From: a virus
Lineage: Duplodnaviria > Caudoviricetes
Reading direction: 5' to 3' (one strand)
IMG/VR virus record: IMGVR_UViG_3300006752_000019
Coordinates: 22,972 to 86,971 of that record
Length of the DNA stretch: 64,000 bases
Part shown: in pieces, positions 34,344-45,000 of the stretch
Numbering within the stretch: the stretch's first letter is position 1
How the letters are laid out: each line of letters opens with the position of its first letter
Program-made: the position numbers and the translations under genes
The notes under the pieces: generated by a model
What the model saw: only the letters and a program-made list of their open reading frames with translations
What the model was told of the DNA's origin: nothing
Databases searched by the model: none

Positions 34344-36730
34344 AGTCCAAAGAAGTTCTTTTGGCGAGCGCTAAACTTATTGCTGCTTGATCTCTGGTTA
34401 ACGGCTTTGTTAAACTGACCAACAACAATAGAATCATCCTCTGGAATAAGATCCTTGTTGGATTCGCTAATTGTTGTTGAAATACCATTACCGCCATTTA
34501 GCTTAATTGAAACTGAATTCATAGTAATATTATATTCTGACTCTGTTGGTATCTTAAGACTAAAATAAGTTCTAGATGCACTTGTCATTGGTTGTCTAGG
34601 CAATGTATTTATAAAGGCGGCTTCTACCTGAAGAGCTTTGACTTCAGCAATACTGCCATTAGTCACATCTAATGTAACAGGCTTCAATGGGTCGCCATCA
34701 CAAGCACCAAACAAAACATCGTAGTATTTTCTTTCGAAATCTGCGGATACGTCTTCTCCAGAAGATGAAGTTTGTTTATCTTCATTGCTATCATCATCTT
34801 CTTCGTCTGTTTTTATGCGCTTTCTTTTTGTGTAAGGTATTTTAATTCTTTTGTCATACACGCCCTCAACTTCAGCAAATAAAGCTTTCGACCTTTCGAT
34901 TGCCTTGCCCATTGTTGTCATTGTATCTTCTCTGTATCCAACAAAAGAGTTATCCACGATTGGCGAGTTAAAAACCATATCTACGTTTTTCTCAGTCAAA
35001 TAATCACTAAAATCTAATGATTTATTCTCGTCCTTGGTTACATCTATGATCGTGTTTTCATTTGACTTCAAAGCCAAGAAAACGAAATCATTAGAAACAG
35101 AAAAAACTGTTGTCGTATCATTTGTTTGTGTGTCAGTTTCTGGAAAGAGGTCTTCTATTACAAGATCACCATCATCTTTAAAATACTCCAAAAGAGGTTT
35201 TAAGAAATCCAGTTCATCTACATCACTGATTTTTTTTGTTTTATCAAACGGGCCAAGCACATCAATATCATCTCCACCAAACTCCATTTTTTTTGCAGTA
35301 TTTTCGGGATATGTCCTTGAAATATACAAATGCTTTCCAATTGTATCAAAATATGCTTTTATTGCTGGATATATTTTATGACTGCTTGGCTTCAGCATTG
35401 TTTTGCCAGCTAAGTAAGAAGGGTTCTCTTCTTTTTCTGTGGTTGAAAAAGCTGCAAGATTATAGTAATACGCGTCTGAGCGATCACCAAAAGGTGAATT
35501 AGCCTGTTTGGTTTGCTCGACCAAATCTACATCGTATCCAATCAGTTCTTTAAAAGGCTTACTTTGCGGGTCTAGCGGTATTAACTCAGGTAGGTCTGGA
35601 TAAGTGTTTTCATCAAAAAAGCCTTTTGGAATATACTCAAAAAGATTGTAATAAAAGAATGCATCAAACATAAAGTTATTCCAATTTTCCGTTGCCCAAA
35701 GACCATACAGATGCCCCAAATTAATGTAAAATTCTGGACTCAAATATTTCTCAGGCGCAACTAGATAAAAATTAGTCTCTCTATCTCTGTCTTTATCTTC
35801 GCCATCTTGTTGCTCATCCCTAAAGTCACCAATAAAAGAATTCAAGATTACTTTTTTAATCTTTGATTGACTATAGCTTGAGTTTTGGATATTAACTTTT
35901 TCTGATTGAGGTAGATTGCGCGGATCTTGAACAAAAAGCTGCATCGCCTCCATTGAATTAATAAACTCAATTTTTCCATTGAACGGATTAATCGTCCAAT
36001 AGTAACCTAATGATTGTGCAATAGAACTAACTACAGATTCCAATGAGCCAGAAGTTTCAAAAAGCTTATGGGCAGAAGGCATTGAAATTGCATCAATACC
36101 AATCATTTTTAATGCTGTTTTTACATTGCCTGTTGTGTAGCCGTATTTTAACGAGTAATCAGAAAGATTATTGGAATTTGAGTCTTGTGATGCAATTTCA
36201 AGATTGTATGAAAAGTTATCCTCGATTTCTTTGTCCCGATATGTAACAAGATAAGGGTCAAGTCTAAACTCGTCTTGCTTAGAGGAATAAGTTTCCCCCA
36301 TAACAAAGCAGCCTCCATACTTTTTGATACCAATTTCTGGAATTGAATTTACTGGACTATTCGGATGTTCACTGTATTTATAAACATTTCCTTCGAACTC
36401 TAATTCTTCATATGGCGATGCAGAAGTTCCGCGACATAAAACAGCATGAGACTTTAATTTAAGAGATACAATATCTTGAAACTTTGTAACCTTCGTTTCT
36501 ACATTATTTGAATCTTCAGAAATTGATTCCTCTATAGCTACGAACTGCTTCATCAAATCTTGAATATCGGAATTAGAAAAAGAATACCTTTCTCCCAATG
36601 ACCCATTTAACACCCCAAGCTCCGACTCTCCAGAAACACTGACAGAATTTAAAACAGTAGTAATACTGGCAGTATGACCACCGCCATTATTAACAAAGTT
36701 CAAATCTAATGATGTAATAACCTCGCTCAT
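34340..36730 (-). CDS. Putative baseplate hub / tail tip protein (796 aa)
   Basis: Position at the distal end of the tail module; LESVVSSIAQSLGYYW hub-like segment. Confidence 0.5.
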   Translation of the reverse strand: MSEVITSLDLNFVNNGGGHTASITTVLNSVSVSGESELGVLNGSLGERYSFSNSDIQDLMKQFVAIEESISEDSNNVETKVTKFQDIVSLKLKSHAVLCRGTSASPYEELEFEGNVYKYSEHPNSPVNSIPEIGIKKYGGCFVMGETYSSKQDEFRLDPYLVTYRDKEIEDNFSYNLEIASQDSNSNNLSDYSLKYGYTTGNVKTALKMIGIDAISMPSAHKLFETSGSLESVVSSIAQSLGYYWTINPFNGKIEFINSMEAMQLFVQDPRNLPQSEKVNIQNSSYSQSKIKKVILNSFIGDFRDEQQDGEDKDRDRETNFYLVAPEKYLSPEFYINLGHLYGLWATENWNNFMFDAFFYYNLFEYIPKGFFDENTYPDLPELIPLDPQSKPFKELIGYDVDLVEQTKQANSPFGDRSDAYYYNLAAFSTTEKEENPSYLAGKTMLKPSSHKIYPAIKAYFDTIGKHLYISRTYPENTAKKMEFGGDDIDVLGPFDKTKKISDVDELDFLKPLLEYFKDDGDLVIEDLFPETDTQTNDTTTVFSVSNDFVFLALKSNENTIIDVTKDENKSLDFSDYLTEKNVDMVFNSPIVDNSFVGYREDTMTTMGKAIERSKALFAEVEGVYDKRIKIPYTKRKRIKTDEEDDDSNEDKQTSSSGEDVSADFERKYYDVLFGACDGDPLKPVTLDVTNGSIAEVKALQVEAAFINTLPRQPMTSASRTYFSLKIPTESEYNITMNSVSIKLNGGNGISTTISESNKDLIPEDDSIVVGQFNKAVNQRSSSNKFSARQKNFFGL

Positions 36731-37500
36731 AAACTATAAGAAGAGTTTTCTGGCTGATTAATTGGAGTAATAGCCTCCAAACCAGTTGCAATTAAGTTTA
36801 CACCCGTATATGTTTGCAGAAAGGAAGATTCTTTCTGCTCCATACCATTAATATAAAAGTCTACTTGATTTGGAATGAATTTTTGGCCGTATACATCAGG
36901 ATTATCCTGCTGATCAATTTCAAGAATTTTTAAAGGTTTTTTAATACCGAAGAACTTGCCTGTTGCAGTTAATGCCAAACCTGATGCCTCATCGTAGTTG
37001 GCTAATTTTTGACCATTCGCAAAAACGTTCCAACCTGTAAACAAATCGCCACTGATTGTGGAGCCACCAGAAAGCTCTCCTCGATCAACAAGAGAATTAA
37101 CAAGCTCGCCAAGCGCTCCTGTTGGATCACCTCCCGTCCAAACAGAAACAACGCCAGTATAAGGGTCTACAACATCATACAGCATTGTAGAATTATTATC
37201 TACCGAAATAGCATCGTCTGTATATACTTTGCCTCTGTTTTGAATATTTTCAAAATCAAAATAATAATCTCCAGAGTCTATATTGTAAATAGTCTGATTA
37301 ACTCCTGTATATGCCGTTGGTTCGTCTTCTAGAAGTGTTTGAGAATTAAGAGAGGCCATGCTACTCAACCTGCCAGTGACAACGCTGGCATCTACATAGT
37401 ATTTATCGCCAATAGAGGCAACGTTATTTCTTTCATCAATATCATATTGACTACCAGAAATATCCGCTGCTCCCGTTGATAAAATATAGTTATAGTTCAT
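36727..37500 (-). CDS. Tail structural protein, S/T-G rich
   Basis: Position in the tail module; about 15 S/T-G dipeptides in 257 aa. Confidence 0.6.
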   Translation of the reverse strand: MNYNYILSTGAADISGSQYDIDERNNVASIGDKYYVDASVVTGRLSSMASLNSQTLLEDEPTAYTGVNQTIYNIDSGDYYFDFENIQNRGKVYTDDAISVDNNSTMLYDVVDPYTGVVSVWTGGDPTGALGELVNSLVDRGELSGGSTISGDLFTGWNVFANGQKLANYDEASGLALTATGKFFGIKKPLKILEIDQQDNPDVYGQKFIPNQVDFYINGMEQKESSFLQTYTGVNLIATGLEAITPINQPENSSYSL

Positions 37501-38867
37501 AATCTCTGACCCTTGTAATAAATATAGTCTTTTTTAAGGTCTGCCGAATCAACATCGAATACGATTCCAGAAGACGCTGGCCCCGTTCTAGTAACCGTTT
37601 CTGTCAATGGCGTTCGCGTGACACCACTAAGCTCATAAAGAACTCCTGTTTGTTCGATCCTTTGATAAATCTTATGACTACCTGTTTTTAAGGTAGCATC
37701 TAGCGTTAAGTCGATATCACCAGAAACAGTAAAGCTGCCTGTTTGCAGACCTAGAGTATCAAATGCGTTTTCTCCCGTTGGAGAATATTGGAAATTATTA
37801 TCCGCATCCAAGTAGCCGATTTTTTCTTTATAGGTCGTTTTGAATTCGCCATTGTCAAAGTTGTAAAAAACGTATGTGTCATCACCTTCATTGTTTGAAG
37901 ATACTTCTGACGTTCCAGTAAACAACCCAGTGTAGTAATGTCTTCCTGTCGATACATTTAGCGTTCCCGCTTCCTGCAATGTCACACCAGTAATCCCTGT
38001 CTGGTATGAAATTGACTCAAGATAACCAGTAACAACCTCTTCAGTTGTTTGAGTTCCTGTGTTGTGATAATAGTCGCCCAAAATTCCGCTACCAATATCT
38101 TTGAGAGTGCCTTGAGGAATAAAACCAGAAAACAATGCTATTTCATGAATAGACCCACTCAGCGTCTTGATAGCAGGATCGGTTATATTTAAAAAATTAG
38201 TAGACCCGCCAACATAAAAGTAATCTGGATTGGCCAAGTTCTGCCTACTCACAAAAGTGCTTTCCTCATAAACCTCGTCATTAAAATAATCAAACTGAGC
38301 AAAGCTAACCTCATCCTTAGATATAGAAAGGCCAAGAATATTTCTTTTTGACAGCTCTATACCCGTGGCGGTAAAAATAGCCTGACCGCTAGGTAAAAAA
38401 GAATGAAAGAACAATCCCCCACGATCATCCACACCAAAGTTCCAGCCCTTTGAGCCAGTTACGGTTTCTGATCCTAATGTTTCCTCAAAAACATCGAATG
38501 AACCCAAAATGACCCCATTCTCCACTTCTCCGTTCCACTCAAAATCAATAATTGCAGACATGTTGTTTGCCTGTAATTCCTGTCTAGGTATGCGGAGATT
38601 GCTCTCTGAGAGCCTTGCGGCTCCGCTGGCTGCGCCAGTAAGCAAATTTAATGCAGCGGCTTCAGAAGCGCCTGTAGCGCTCAAAACATCAATTGTGTGT
38701 TTTCCTGTGTCGTAAGCTGGAAACTGATTATAAAAAACCCCTGTATATGGGCCTGTTGATTCTGGATCGACCTCGCCGTTAAATGAAGCAAAATCATAAT
38801 AAGCGGCCAACCTCTTGCTACTACCAAGAAGACTCCTCATCATATAATTTAATCCACTAGCGCTCAT
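37497..38867 (-). CDS. Tail protein with a LamG/concanavalin-like N-terminal domain, S/T-G rich
   Basis: LAAYYDF...YFYVGG...LSGSIHEIALF; about 28 S/T-G dipeptides in 456 aa. Confidence 0.6.
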   Translation of the reverse strand: MSASGLNYMMRSLLGSSKRLAAYYDFASFNGEVDPESTGPYTGVFYNQFPAYDTGKHTIDVLSATGASEAAALNLLTGAASGAARLSESNLRIPRQELQANNMSAIIDFEWNGEVENGVILGSFDVFEETLGSETVTGSKGWNFGVDDRGGLFFHSFLPSGQAIFTATGIELSKRNILGLSISKDEVSFAQFDYFNDEVYEESTFVSRQNLANPDYFYVGGSTNFLNITDPAIKTLSGSIHEIALFSGFIPQGTLKDIGSGILGDYYHNTGTQTTEEVVTGYLESISYQTGITGVTLQEAGTLNVSTGRHYYTGLFTGTSEVSSNNEGDDTYVFYNFDNGEFKTTYKEKIGYLDADNNFQYSPTGENAFDTLGLQTGSFTVSGDIDLTLDATLKTGSHKIYQRIEQTGVLYELSGVTRTPLTETVTRTGPASSGIVFDVDSADLKKDYIYYKGQRL

Positions 38868-40435
38868 TAATAATATCTAGAAAGGTTAAAGGTAATATTG
38901 TTTACACCCTCTGACTGACTGCTGGAGAAAACGAAGTCACCAGAAGTGAGTCCAGAGATTATTGACTTCAATGTATCCATTTCGTTTTCAGATTCATCGC
39001 AAGACGCAGAAACAGAATACTCTCCAAGAGTTCTGTCATAAACAACCTGAGAAGCAAATCCTCCAATTGTTGGAACAGTTTTTGTCAACTGAAGAGGAAC
39101 CTTGTTTGTTATGGTAATGCCAAGATTATCAAGCAAACCACTACTGTAATCAACAGAAGTATCGTATGTGTGGTTGTATGATATTTTATTTTGAATTGGA
39201 TCTTTGGTTACACTTCGTGACTTTGGAAATGTATTGAGGAAACCGTTGAATCCAGAAAAGTCTGACGCGCCGCTTCTGAAATCCATCAAACCCCTGTAGG
39301 CCACCAAATATGGATCAATATCACTAAACCTTGATTCAATTTCTTGAAACCTTTGAGAATTTTCATACTCACCTGTAGAGATAACTGAATCAATCCCATT
39401 AAAATACAAGTCCCCTTGAACCGCGATAGATAAGTTTGCGTTATCTTTGTTTGCTTGCACAGATACATTATACCTATGAGCTACATTGCCAACTTGATCA
39501 ACATTATCAATATCAACAAAACCAAAAGAAAAATCAATCTTGTTTTCTCCAGTGTTGGTAGTATAGTTGTATGTGGTTGGGCCGTTTCGGACAAAAGAAA
39601 AGGCTCCTGATTCATATTCAGACATAGAGGCTGCGACATAATCAATCAGGCTATTTGTTGCATCTTGAGGTGTAAACATTCCAGTGGTCACCAATTCCCC
39701 ATCAAACCCGCCGTAAATAGAGCCGTTGATACCAACAGAAAGATCGCCTTGTCTATTGACGCTCATGGTTGTATCGTAAGTAACAATTCCAGATGTTGTT
39801 TCTTGGGTATCTGACCCATCAAAATGATAGACTTCCGTGATGGAATAATTGGAAGTTTTTCGATTAATTTTTTCGCTTCTTGATTTTAAGAAAGCATTAT
39901 CTCCTGTCAACATTGGCGCTGCATTTTGAAACCCAGTAAGCCCTGTGACAAAATCAATTGCATTTTGCAGAGGATCTTGTGCGCTAACTTTCTCGCCCTG
40001 TGCTGAAATCGTGTGAGTAGCTTGTATAATCTTGTTCTCTTGCTCTTGAAACTGCCACTCATTGGTTGGAGAACTCACTCCAAAAAACTGAGAAAATGAC
40101 TCGCCAGAAAAAACAGTAAAGCTTACTGTGTATGGCAAATATGTTGTCATATCGCTATCAGCAAAATCAATACTAATAGGCAGGGCATTAGAATAGGTCT
40201 TAGCATCTCCACTTACAGAAATATTTAGATCTCCATATTCATTCAGCATACCACTAATTAGCTGCTGTTTCTGAAGATGCAGTCCACTCAGGTTTGAACC
40301 TGTAAAATAACCCACAAGCTGCACATCTAAAACAGAATGATCATATACACCACTAGCATAAACAGGTTGAGGTGTCTCAACAAGAAATGGAAGAGGATCA
40401 GGGAAATTATAACCAGAATATTGAACAGAACTCAC
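38867..40435 (-). CDS. Distal tail / baseplate protein, S/T-G rich (GTG start)
   Basis: Beta-rich sequence downstream of the tape measure; about 20 S/T-G dipeptides. Confidence 0.55.
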   Translation of the reverse strand: MSSVQYSGYNFPDPLPFLVETPQPVYASGVYDHSVLDVQLVGYFTGSNLSGLHLQKQQLISGMLNEYGDLNISVSGDAKTYSNALPISIDFADSDMTTYLPYTVSFTVFSGESFSQFFGVSSPTNEWQFQEQENKIIQATHTISAQGEKVSAQDPLQNAIDFVTGLTGFQNAAPMLTGDNAFLKSRSEKINRKTSNYSITEVYHFDGSDTQETTSGIVTYDTTMSVNRQGDLSVGINGSIYGGFDGELVTTGMFTPQDATNSLIDYVAASMSEYESGAFSFVRNGPTTYNYTTNTGENKIDFSFGFVDIDNVDQVGNVAHRYNVSVQANKDNANLSIAVQGDLYFNGIDSVISTGEYENSQRFQEIESRFSDIDPYLVAYRGLMDFRSGASDFSGFNGFLNTFPKSRSVTKDPIQNKISYNHTYDTSVDYSSGLLDNLGITITNKVPLQLTKTVPTIGGFASQVVYDRTLGEYSVSASCDESENEMDTLKSIISGLTSGDFVFSSSQSEGVNNITFNLSRYY

Positions 40436-40440
40436 TTAAA

Positions 40441-41994
40441 CTATGCTTCAGGGATTACATAGTTTATTACACGATTTGTAGTGCCATTCGCCAAATCAAT
40501 GGTATTTTGATCGTTTACAATGTAATATTCTGAGGCGTTGAGCAAATTATTTAATTCCGTAGTCTTAGAATTTAAAAAGTTTTTTCCATGAAATTTACCA
40601 TAAGATGGAATGGACACACACATAGCTGTAATTGTCACCTGCACCAAAGTGTTATTATCTGAAACTGTAAGTTTTTCTTTTAGGGTTTCAATGTCAGCGA
40701 CCCTAGTAATACGCTTCACAGCATTGGTGCGATTAATTGTAACTTGATATTTTAAAATACCTTCAGGCAGATCATTCTCATAAGAATCATCATCTGTGAA
40801 AACTACCGTATCAGTTATTGATCCTTGCGCGTAATTTAAAGCAGTGGTCTTTGTTTTTTCATAAACTGAACCAGCATCAGAAAAGAAAGAAACCACTCTT
40901 GCGGCAAAATTCGACACATCAGAATACCAAAAATCTCTTGCTGATTGAATTCTTTGTTGATTGTTGACTCCCTTTGATGTATACGTGGCGGCAACTGTAT
41001 ACTCCTCAAACTCTCCTGATTTTTGTTTGGAACAAGTATATGTTACTGTATTATCGCGAGATGTTGTTGGGTTTGTTGAAAACGATACAGATAACTTTGC
41101 TTTCTTTCCGTGTCTAGAAAATGATTTTTGAATGCTTACTGGTGAACCAAATTGAGCCTGTTCTTCAGCCAAGATTTGCGTTATCGTATCTTCTGCTGCC
41201 TCAGTTAAAACATTGTCCCTGTCGCGGCGCAAAGCAACAAGTTCAACTTCAATCTGCTTATTAAGGTAGCCCATTGCATCAAGGTTTTCAGCTTGTGTAA
41301 AGCTCTTACTGACAGTATCTCCAGAAGCAATAAACGAAGATTCGAAAGACTCGCTTAAAGAATAAGAGAGGTTAATTAAATCAAGGTTTTCAGAAAGAAT
41401 ACTATCATGATTCGCGCCGAATCGTGCGTTTTCAGAAATGCCGTCTGTTTGATAACCCAAGTTTGGACGACCAACATGATAATAATTAGAAGCAAAAACC
41501 TTTAGGTTGTGAACAAATTCGTCACCAGCTTCTGTGCTTTGTTTATACTTGATTGATAGATTTCTTTGATAGGAATATTGATCCCCATCTCTAGAGAAAT
41601 CATAATCCTCATCAAAAGACTCCAATAAATGCGGGTTTGGAATGTATTCTGCAAATGTGTGATTCGCATAGTCTTCTAGTCGCTTGCTTTCTTCAATAGT
41701 GATAGAGGCTTGCTCTGAACCAACTAAAGAACCCTCGCCAAAACTCAAGCTTGTAATTCTGCCTTCTACATACTCATCTGCACCAATTCGTGCTGTAATG
41801 TTCTTTTGAAGATATGCATCTTTAAGAGCTTCTCTGCCAGATAAAATAGCGCCTTCACCATTTGCAAAAGAAATATCAGAAACATCTACCGTGTATGTTC
41901 CAACAACATTGTAAAAGAAGGCTTCGTCAGAATCGAAATATTCGAAATTGACATTTAATGATCCGCGTAATACATTATTAACTATTAAAGACAT
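40441..41994 (-). CDS. Distal tail / baseplate protein
   Basis: Immediately downstream of the tape measure; beta-rich and similar in size and style to 38867-40435. Confidence 0.55.
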   Translation of the reverse strand: MSLIVNNVLRGSLNVNFEYFDSDEAFFYNVVGTYTVDVSDISFANGEGAILSGREALKDAYLQKNITARIGADEYVEGRITSLSFGEGSLVGSEQASITIEESKRLEDYANHTFAEYIPNPHLLESFDEDYDFSRDGDQYSYQRNLSIKYKQSTEAGDEFVHNLKVFASNYYHVGRPNLGYQTDGISENARFGANHDSILSENLDLINLSYSLSESFESSFIASGDTVSKSFTQAENLDAMGYLNKQIEVELVALRRDRDNVLTEAAEDTITQILAEEQAQFGSPVSIQKSFSRHGKKAKLSVSFSTNPTTSRDNTVTYTCSKQKSGEFEEYTVAATYTSKGVNNQQRIQSARDFWYSDVSNFAARVVSFFSDAGSVYEKTKTTALNYAQGSITDTVVFTDDDSYENDLPEGILKYQVTINRTNAVKRITRVADIETLKEKLTVSDNNTLVQVTITAMCVSIPSYGKFHGKNFLNSKTTELNNLLNASEYYIVNDQNTIDLANGTTNRVINYVIPEA

Positions 41995-42015
41995 TTACTT
42001 GCAATATTGCGGTTT

Positions 42016-45000
42016 TTAACCTTCTTTACCCGCACCTCCTAAGAACTCGTCCATTTTTGTTTCTGTGTCTGCAATCTTAGATGTTAAATTCTTCATGGAA
42101 ACCTTTAGACTTGCAACCTGTTTAGCGGATTCCGCTGCAATAGTGAGAGCATCATCATTAACACTTTGCAATTCTTTGATAACCTCGCCAGAGCTTTTGG
42201 TTCCTTCTGCGACAGCGGTAATTGCCTCCTCCATAATCTTAATCTGGTTCATGATATTCTTTGTTGACTCGCTATCAAAAGCCTCTCCGAATTGTTGTAG
42301 TCTTTTTCTAGCTATTTCGGTATCTTTCTCCAAATCTGAAATTTGCGTCTTTGTTTTGTCTACATCTGGCTCGCCTTTCTTCTCGGCAGCAACCATAGCG
42401 TCCACTTCATCTGCTGTGAAATTTCCAGATTGAGCAAAAAGCTCCCTGAGAACACCTTCCATAAGCTTATTCATATCAAGACCCGCATCCTTTGCCATGC
42501 CCTCAAAAATAGCAGGAGAAATAGCATCAACCCCTGCTTTCTTTGCAGCGATAGACTTCATCAATCTTGCCTTTTCTTCTGGATCTGTGGCTGACTTTAA
42601 TCTTTGCATATCTCGCCTCAGCTCACCAGATTCAATCTGTTTGCCGCTCAAACGTCCAGCAAGACCGAACCTGCTTTCAGCTCTTGCTTTTTGCTGATCA
42701 ACCAGAGTTTGCCTCAAAGACTTTAATTGTTCTTCGTTTTGGCGAATAGTATTACTTAGAGTAATGGCGCTATCCTTAACCTTGTCCTTGAACTCTTTTG
42801 AGGCTTCGGCAATTTTCTCTTTTAATTCTTGGCCAGCTTCTCCTTCTGCAAATTTACTATCCTTAGTCATTCCAATGTCCATTGCATCTTGAAGCTGCGC
42901 CAATGCCTCTCTAGCCTTATTCGCTTCGGCAATCTTCATTTCACCAGCTTGCGCTCTTCCAAATGACTCACTAACACCTTTAGGCATAAATACCTTACTA
43001 CGAATATCCATTATGTCCTGCGCTTTACTTGCGGCTGCAACAGACCTTCCTCGTGAAGTTGATATTCCTTCTTCGGCTTTTTTCAGTTTAGCATTAAGAG
43101 CATCAATAGTGGCTGCAAGATCCATTATATTACCTGCTTGCTCTAGAGCTTCTTTGAGTTTTTTGGCCGCTGCCTGAGCTTCCTCCATAGAGTTTTGCTG
43201 GCTTGCAATAGCATCTCTATACTCTTCTAATTGTTTAGCAGCTTCTGCCGATCTTCCTCCTAATTTTTTGAGTTTTTCGATTGCATCAGCAATGTTTTTA
43301 GCTCCACCGCCTCCTCCGATTACTCTAGTGAGTCCTCCTTTCATTGTCTGCCTCATTAAAGCCCTTCCCCCGCCAGCGCTGTTCATAAGATCCTCGCGGC
43401 GACTCATGGTGAATTTAAATGCTTCAGCTTTTTGTTCTCCTTCTAGGATTCTATTCCTAGAATCAACCCTTGATTTTGCTAAAGCTGCTATCGCCGCAAC
43501 TGCAATTGCCGCTCCCAATATCGGCCCAGCAGACACAGCCATCATTTTTCCGAAGGCTGGGGCGGCAGCTTTAATACCCGCACCCAAACCCTTTATACCC
43601 CCACCTGCCGCAGCTCTTGCACCCCCAAATAAACGCCCGCCTTTTCGACCAAAACCACCAGCAACTCGCCCTGCTTGTGGATTAAACCCTTTACCAACAA
43701 ACCTACCAGCACCTTTAAGGGGGCCACCAAACATACTTCCGATTTGCGCCGCGCTCATAGTCATAATCAAAATGTTAACCGCTTTTTCAAGGTCTGCTGC
43801 TTTTTTGATAGTTTTATCAGCGGCCTCCATGTCGGCTTTTGATTTTTTCTTAATAGCGTCTATTTCTTTCTTCTTTTGTTTTTCTGTCTTGTCGGAAGCT
43901 TTAATCTCGGCAATTTTTTCCTTAATCAAGTCTTTTGTTACTTGAGCTTCTGCTGCTTTTTGTTGCGAGTTTGCTGTTATCATTCCCGATGACATAAACA
44001 AAGCGCTTTGCAAAGCCAGTAAGCCCATACCCATTCTTCCTCCGTCTCCTCCTGCTCCTCCTTGTGCAAAGTTAGGAACAAGACCCTTGGCCGCATTTTT
44101 TTGGTTATAAACATCCATCAATCCGCGTTTTTCATCTCGCGTATTTGTTACAGCAAGAGGACTTCCGTCTTCGCCAAAGTGGGCGCGGATTTTAGAAACA
44201 GGAACACCAGCATTTTTTTCTCTTTTGATGGCATCTCCAAGAGGATTAGCGAAGTTAGGAACAAAACCAAAAGCTGCTCTTCTTCTGCCTCTTTTTTTTG
44301 ATGGGTTTCTTTCCCTGAAAATTTTCTTATAAAAGCTTCTTTCGTTATCGTCACCATATCGGTTTTTAAAATCACCAACACCTTCTTTCAGACCGAAAAG
44401 TTTTATTAGATTTGAATTTGGATTACGCAAGTCAAAATCACCAAAACCACCCAAGGCTTTTGCGACTGATTCTTGCGAACCTTGTTGCATGGACTTCATA
44501 ATACCAATCTCAAACGCAGAACCAACCAATGCGCCTAAAGCACCTTTAGCTCCTTTAGTTCTCATGAAACCTTTATGAACATCTTTTGCGCTAATGGTTT
44601 TACCCAAAGGCTTAAGTCTTGTCATCCAATTACTAGTATCATTAAAGATGCTTCTCTTCAATCTTTTGGTTAAGCCATCTTCTTCCCCATCACTAATTCC
44701 TTTAAGTTGATTTTTTTTAATACCACGAATAGGGCTTCCTCCCTCATACTTTACTCCATCAACCGTGCGACTCTTTGTTATTCCAGAAGCATTAAGTTGA
44801 GGAACAAGATATGCAAACTTCCTCATATAAGAAGAAGGAACTGTAGGTTTAGCTGCGCCTTGCATTGCTGCTGCTTTATGAGCTTTATTATATTGTCTCA
44901 TAAAGCCTTTAGTTTCTTTTCCTGTTAACTTATGATTTAGGAAATCAAAAGCAAAATTAGGCACGAAGCCACTACCAGCAAAACCATTTGGAGGAACAAT

